A DNA stretch of 64,000 nucleotides, taken from the IMG/VR virus record IMGVR_UViG_3300046660_000488, positions 372,001 through 436,000 of that record. One strand, written 5' to 3'. Below the pieces are notes generated by a model, which saw only the letters and a program-made list of their open reading frames with translations, did no database searches and was not told the origin of the DNA. Both the position numbers and the translations under genes were made by a program. The first letter of the stretch is position 1, and each line of letters opens with the position of its first letter. Of this stretch, positions 58,388 to 64,000 are shown one piece after another.

Positions 58388-58929
58388 TGGACATGAGAGA
58401 CCTGTTCGAATCGTCTATCGACGATGAAGAAGACGACGGCGCGTATCACGACAACGAATCGGATCACGCTGACGCGCTTCAACGGACCGGTTTCTGGGGT
58501 TCCGCCGGTGCGGGCCTTGTCTTCTTGTCACGTCGAACCGGTCGCCTCCTGCTGGCCCACCGTTCGTCTGAAGTCGAGCAGCCCCACACGTGGGGAAACT
58601 GGGGCGGCGCTGTAGATCGCTCCGAAATGAAGAACCCGGCCGCCGCCGCCATGCGCGAGGCCCGTGAGGAAACCGGATATTCCGGAACCATCGACATCGT
58701 CCCGGCTTTCCGGTTCCAGTCGGGAAGCTTCCAGTATTTCAACTTCATCGGCGTCGTCGATAACGAATTCGCGCCGCATCGGAATTGGGAAACCCAAGGC
58801 TTTGAATGGTGCGAGTGGGGCCACTGGCCGTCACCGCTGCATTTCGGCCTCCAAGCCCTGTTCAACGACCCCGCCTCGGCGCGCACGATCAAGACCCTGA
58901 TCAGCGATTTCCGGTCGCGCCCAGCTTAA
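58384..58929 (+). CDS. NUDIX hydrolase
   Basis: Nudix box GG.....E....AAMREAREETG. Confidence 0.9.
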   Translation: MMDMRDLFESSIDDEEDDGAYHDNESDHADALQRTGFWGSAGAGLVFLSRRTGRLLLAHRSSEVEQPHTWGNWGGAVDRSEMKNPAAAAMREAREETGYSGTIDIVPAFRFQSGSFQYFNFIGVVDNEFAPHRNWETQGFEWCEWGHWPSPLHFGLQALFNDPASARTIKTLISDFRSRPA

Positions 58930-58996
58930 CCACATTTTTGGTTTGCCAGTTCAAAACTGGCTGGCTATGATCCGCCCACTCGTTTGAGGTGCGTGC

Positions 58997-59284
58997 GTGA
59001 ACCGTCAAGCTAAATCCGACCAAGCCCTGTCGTTCCAATGTCCGACATGCCAAGCGGAACCCGGCCACAAATGCCGGGATTGGCGAGGAAATTTCGTGCT
59101 TGCACACCGCCGCCGGGTGACCTTGGCGGCCGGTCAGCAGGCTTGGGACAGGCGCCCCGATCTCGACAATTACGAAGGGGCAATCGACGACTTGATTGCC
59201 AAGCTTCAAGACGTTAAAGCCGCAGGCTTCAGTCACGTGTTCATGGACAGTGGCGTAGCTCCGATTTACGCGAGGGTGCGATGA
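58997..59284 (+). CDS. Zn-finger hypothetical protein
   Basis: CPTCQAEPGHKC...H..R; GAGGTG RBS. Confidence 0.7.
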   Translation: MNRQAKSDQALSFQCPTCQAEPGHKCRDWRGNFVLAHRRRVTLAAGQQAWDRRPDLDNYEGAIDDLIAKLQDVKAAGFSHVFMDSGVAPIYARVR

Positions 59285-59658
59285 GCCGACACATGATCAT
59301 CACCGGCAAAGACGGTGATGTGGAATTCGTCTGGGACAAAGACCAAGACGACGCCGTCCGCGCCATGATCGAGAAGAAGCTGTCGGAGGGCGTGCGGTTC
59401 ATGATCCGCAAGCCGATCCTCGGCTCGGCTCTCAAGCGGACGAAGGAGATCAAGAAGGTCTCCCAACTCAAGGGCCGCAACGTGATCGCCAAGACGATCA
59501 ACGATCAAGACATTCGCGACCTGTTCACCAGCGGCAAGGTTGAAATGGCCCGCGCCGACGACAAGTGGTACGCCAAAGAGACGCCGGTCGTCTCGACCAG
59601 CGCCGACGAGATCATGAACAGCCAATCGGTCGGCCTCGCGCCCATGCGCGGGGGTTGA
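59281..59658 (+). CDS. hypothetical protein with a C-terminal GG
   Basis: GDVEFVW...PMRGG; coupled ORF. Confidence 0.7.
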   Translation: MSRHMIITGKDGDVEFVWDKDQDDAVRAMIEKKLSEGVRFMIRKPILGSALKRTKEIKKVSQLKGRNVIAKTINDQDIRDLFTSGKVEMARADDKWYAKETPVVSTSADEIMNSQSVGLAPMRGG

Positions 59659-59661
59659 TGC

Positions 59662-60858
59662 TTGGTCGCGCACGAGAATAGCTGGTTTCTCGACTGCTCC
59701 CTGATCCTCGGGGACATCGGCCCCGACACCTACTACTATTACCAGAACGTCGATCCATACACGGATGACGTGATCGGCAACTATCGCAGCCCGCCGGGCA
59801 TGGTGTTCGACACCCACGGCGATAGCCTGTCGTATCAGGCGCTCATGATGGAAGCCCGGTTCACCGAGTGGCGCGCGGCCTTCCCCAAGGCCGCGTTGGG
59901 TGTCTCCGTGTCCAGTGTCGAGACCTTCGGCCATGTCCTACAAAATCACGTCAGTGAATTGGCGATTGGCGCCGTGAACCACGGCCACCGGCGCGTCACA
60001 GCGGAGGTGCGAGAGGCCAAGCACTTCAACCAGACCACGAAGGTCATGCGGCGGGCGATGAACAGGATCGCGGCCGACCTTCAGGGCCTCGACCGTGACA
60101 CCTTGCTTCGCATCGACGCCGAGCACACGGCCTACCTGCAATCGCGCCTGTACGAGCGCCCGCAGGACGTCGAGGGCATCCCGTTTTATCAGCGAGACCT
60201 GCGGCCGATCAAGAACGCCAAGGCCTTCATTCGCCGCGAGCAGAAGCATGCGCGCAGCATCATGAAGCGCAGCATGAAATTCCTCAGCGCCCTGATCGGC
60301 GACGACGCCACGCGGATGTTCGTGAGCGGCGACCGAATCAGGATTGAGGGCCAGCATTGCGTCTACGAAATCCATCGCACCGGCCGCATGGCCTATGAGC
60401 ACGGCGGCTCCGGCCTGAAGGTGTTCACCAAGGACGAAGACATCCACCTGTGCGACATCTGCATCTACACGCCGAACGTCCCGATCTTCGATCACGTCGC
60501 TGGGATCGTCATGCACATCAAGGCTGGTGAGGAAGACAAGATTCTGGAGATCGGCAACCCCTATAATCTCAGCGAGGCCGCCAAGCAGCAGGAATGGCTC
60601 GTTCCCTACCTGCCCAAGCCTCGTGTGCCTCAGCCGCCGGTGGAACAGCCGGACCGGGATTTCATGGGCATCCGCGCGGTCCCGTACTTTGGGGACCTGC
60701 CGCAGGTCTATCGCGGCGCTGACCGCGAGCAACGTCTGAGAACCATGCGGCATCTGATCGGCCGCCACCTATATGACGACCTTGGCCTTGAGCGCTTCGC
60801 GCTGGCCGGTCGTGTTGTGAAAGAACAAAGGGCGTTGGAACGTGTACGAGTGGCTTGA
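59662..60858 (+). CDS. hypothetical protein (start uncertain)
   Basis: Long ORF with LCDICIY..PIFDHVA...EE motif. Confidence 0.7.
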   Translation: MVAHENSWFLDCSLILGDIGPDTYYYYQNVDPYTDDVIGNYRSPPGMVFDTHGDSLSYQALMMEARFTEWRAAFPKAALGVSVSSVETFGHVLQNHVSELAIGAVNHGHRRVTAEVREAKHFNQTTKVMRRAMNRIAADLQGLDRDTLLRIDAEHTAYLQSRLYERPQDVEGIPFYQRDLRPIKNAKAFIRREQKHARSIMKRSMKFLSALIGDDATRMFVSGDRIRIEGQHCVYEIHRTGRMAYEHGGSGLKVFTKDEDIHLCDICIYTPNVPIFDHVAGIVMHIKAGEEDKILEIGNPYNLSEAAKQQEWLVPYLPKPRVPQPPVEQPDRDFMGIRAVPYFGDLPQVYRGADREQRLRTMRHLIGRHLYDDLGLERFALAGRVVKEQRALERVRVA

Positions 60859-61063
60859 TCCGGTCGCCGCCATCGACGATGTTCGAGGTCTTCGCGCCGA
60901 GCTTGCATCGGTCAAAGCCCAATTGAGGGAAGCGACCTACGAGCCTCGGCGTCAGAAAATCGAAAGCGCCCGTGCCCTCCGGTTCCTTCGGGACGTCAAG
61001 GGTCACAAGTTGTCGCCTAGACAAGAAGAGATCATTGCTATGTGGGCAGACGGTGAGCCCTAA
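60842..61063 (+). CDS. hypothetical protein
   Basis: Overlapping ORF at the end of the operon. Confidence 0.55.
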   Translation: MYEWLDPVAAIDDVRGLRAELASVKAQLREATYEPRRQKIESARALRFLRDVKGHKLSPRQEEIIAMWADGEP

Positions 61064-61073
61064 ATAAGGGATC

Positions 61074-62153
61074 ATGATCCCGACGAACCCTGCATATCTG
61101 ACAAGCAAGGAATACTTGCAGGCGACCAACCAGAGCCGCAAATGGCACGAAGGCCATGCGTACAATTGGTCGCTTGATCAGATCAACAACGGGTACGGCT
61201 CGTCCAACAAAAACACCTTCCCCAAGTTGCTTGGTCGCAAGATCATCAAGGGCCTGACTTTCGAGTTCCGTCAGAAGGACGAGAGCGAGGGTCCGATGAT
61301 CGGCGTCTGGAACGAAGAGGGCCAGAAGGTCGGCGGCACGCAGGACGAATGGGGCGCCATGCTCGTCTACGTCGCCAAGGAATACCGTGGCTTCGGCCTC
61401 GGCCCCATGCTCATCAAGATCGCACGCACGCTTGAGCCGATGAAGGACTCAGGTGGATTCACCGACGCGGGCCGCAACAACCTCGTCAAGGCACACCGCG
61501 AGTTCGTCCGCGACGCTCTGAAGAACGGGACTTACACCAAGCTGGTCCGCTCGGGTCAGATGTCCATCGAGCGCGTCAAGGAGATCGTGGACAGCGCGCA
61601 CCTGTCCATGCGTCCCAAGGCCGACACGGAAGACCTCAGCAGCAAGCCGCAGGACTGGCTGCTCTACGTCGGCGGCTACGGCGACTTCATCCTCTACGAC
61701 AAGAAACTGAAGAACCTGATCGGCCGCGATGACCGCGAGCATTTCCACGACCAGATGATCAAGGGCTACGTGCTGGTCCGCGAGCCGCGCGACGGCAAGG
61801 CGATCATCGTCCGCTTCGGTGGACAGAACGACAAGTTCAAGACCTTCATGATGACCTGCGCGATCTGGTGGGCGAACAAGGAAGGCGCGACCTTCGACGT
61901 GGACCCGGAAGACGTCAAGTACGTGGACAAGCGCTTCGCCAAGGTCTCACCCAAGCACAACATGCAGGTCGGCCACACGCGTTATCGCGTCACCGTGACC
62001 GGCGAAATCCCCAATTTCAACGACTTCGCAATGGTCGAGAAGCACTGGCGTAAGCAGAACGACCAGTACGACGAGTTCAAGAATTACATGATGGACTTGG
62101 CCAACAGCATCTACCAGCCTCAGCCGGTAGTAAAGGATCGTTGGGCGGCTTAA
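61074..62153 (+). CDS. GNAT-like domain late protein
   Basis: Acetyl-CoA motif VYVAKEYRGFGLG and FTDAG; TAAATA 7 nt upstream. Confidence 0.65.
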   Translation: MIPTNPAYLTSKEYLQATNQSRKWHEGHAYNWSLDQINNGYGSSNKNTFPKLLGRKIIKGLTFEFRQKDESEGPMIGVWNEEGQKVGGTQDEWGAMLVYVAKEYRGFGLGPMLIKIARTLEPMKDSGGFTDAGRNNLVKAHREFVRDALKNGTYTKLVRSGQMSIERVKEIVDSAHLSMRPKADTEDLSSKPQDWLLYVGGYGDFILYDKKLKNLIGRDDREHFHDQMIKGYVLVREPRDGKAIIVRFGGQNDKFKTFMMTCAIWWANKEGATFDVDPEDVKYVDKRFAKVSPKHNMQVGHTRYRVTVTGEIPNFNDFAMVEKHWRKQNDQYDEFKNYMMDLANSIYQPQPVVKDRWAA

Positions 62154-62190
62154 AATCGCAGTAAATTATGTTGTGTGCTAAGTTAATAGT

Positions 62191-62670
62191 ATGCACACAA
62201 TTCTTGAAAACATTGAAGTCGATTACGAGAAAAATCGCACGGATCGCATTTCCGGCGCTTCTGCTGGGTACGCGACTATCAAACGCATCACTCAGCCGTT
62301 CGCAGAGCGGTATGCTTTGAAGATTTGGCCGGACGAAAGCCTTCATGTCAATTCCAGATTTGAAGACATCCGTGGCCAGTCGGTGAAAGACCTGATCACG
62401 ACCAAGCTGAAAGCTCGCTGGACGTTCGAAGCTGCACAGGGAGCCGCGAGCACGACCGGACTTTCCGCAGCCGACATCGAAGAAGAGATCACCGCATTGC
62501 TCTACGAATTTCTGGCCAATGAGATCATCGTGATCCGTGATCAATTGCTTTCGGAAGGAAAGATCATGTGCCCATACCTTCCGATTTCGTCGTCGTCAGT
62601 CATCATCGACCCCGAGACATTCGAGCCTGTTGTGGCATTCACAACCAAATACGCGGTGATCAACGCATGA
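62191..62670 (+). CDS. miniature gp23 (major capsid)-like protein 1
   Basis: TTKLKARWTFEAAQ...DIEEEI.A.L...LANEI and CPYLP.SSSVIIDPETFEPVVAFTTKY. Confidence 0.75.
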   Translation: MHTILENIEVDYEKNRTDRISGASAGYATIKRITQPFAERYALKIWPDESLHVNSRFEDIRGQSVKDLITTKLKARWTFEAAQGAASTTGLSAADIEEEITALLYEFLANEIIVIRDQLLSEGKIMCPYLPISSSSVIIDPETFEPVVAFTTKYAVINA

Positions 62671-63155
62671 ACATGCCCTCATCTTTCGCAACGATCCAAG
62701 TGCTCGTGGACAACTTGATGCACTACATCAAGTTCATCGCCGAAAACGGCGTCCGGACTGAACCCAACAACGCCGCCGCAGCCAACAAGCTGTCGCTGGC
62801 CTATGCCGCGCGCCATGCGGAATCGCTGTTCCCTGATCCACGTCTCTACGTGAAGGACAAGCAGGTTCAGGGCAAGGACGTCGAAATCCTCACCCACCGT
62901 TTCTCCACCATCATGGAGTTCGAGGCGTTTCAGGATGACGTCACCCGGCGCGGGGAAGCCGCAGAGACAGAATTCCTGCATCAGCTATACGACGGCCTCG
63001 TCGTCGAGACTAAGGAACTGATCGCGCGCCATGCGGCTGAAGGCAAGATCGTCTGCCCGTACATCGTCGCCGGTTCGGCTGGTCCGGTGATCAGCCCAGA
63101 GACCTTCGAACCGTACATGCCGTTCTTCATCAAGTACGCTCTGATCGACGCCTAA
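62667..63155 (+). CDS. miniature gp23-like protein 2
   Basis: FEAFQD and CPYI...VISPETFEPYMPFFIKY; paralogue of the previous gene. Confidence 0.7.
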   Translation: MNMPSSFATIQVLVDNLMHYIKFIAENGVRTEPNNAAAANKLSLAYAARHAESLFPDPRLYVKDKQVQGKDVEILTHRFSTIMEFEAFQDDVTRRGEAAETEFLHQLYDGLVVETKELIARHAAEGKIVCPYIVAGSAGPVISPETFEPYMPFFIKYALIDA

Positions 63156-63226
63156 GCAGCGATAAAGCCTGATCTAATACGACTCCTCCGCGAATAAATT
63201 GGCTTCGCCACCTAAATACTTTGTAG

Positions 63227-64000
<774 letters not shown>

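Overview
This window is part of a GC-rich, T4-like jumbo myophage genome, not a cellular chromosome. It encodes a tail sheath, a tail tube, a gp4-like head-completion protein, the 5' part of a gp17-like terminase and long fibre genes, and a TAAATA late-promoter motif recurs before many genes. The host is inferred to be an alphaproteobacterium, probably Caulobacter-like, from the permuted tmRNA with tag ANDNVAMDYAVAA and from sigma70 promoters with 16-nt spacers. The phage carries many host-like genes: coaD, thyX, clpA, def, a J-domain chaperone, serS, a two-piece tmRNA, a MazG fusion, a Pnkp-like phosphatase, DNA ligase, NYN, a DNA methyltransferase and a TPR-glycosyltransferase. The most notable observations are: (1) a ~700-nt ORF-free, densely base-paired region at 17.16-17.86 kb whose G.U pairs all favour the + strand, a candidate large ncRNA, followed by three tandem paralogous genes; (2) a late-transcribed permuted tmRNA near serS, plus a late dnaJ-def-clpA operon; (3) two or three miniature major-capsid-protein homologues that may be decoys; (4) an Acb2/Tad1-like nucleotide sponge; (5) an IHF-consensus site flanked by six 11-bp repeats; (6) an inverted, domain-shuffled second copy of the fibre cassette. 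All calls were made by eye from motifs and no database search was run.
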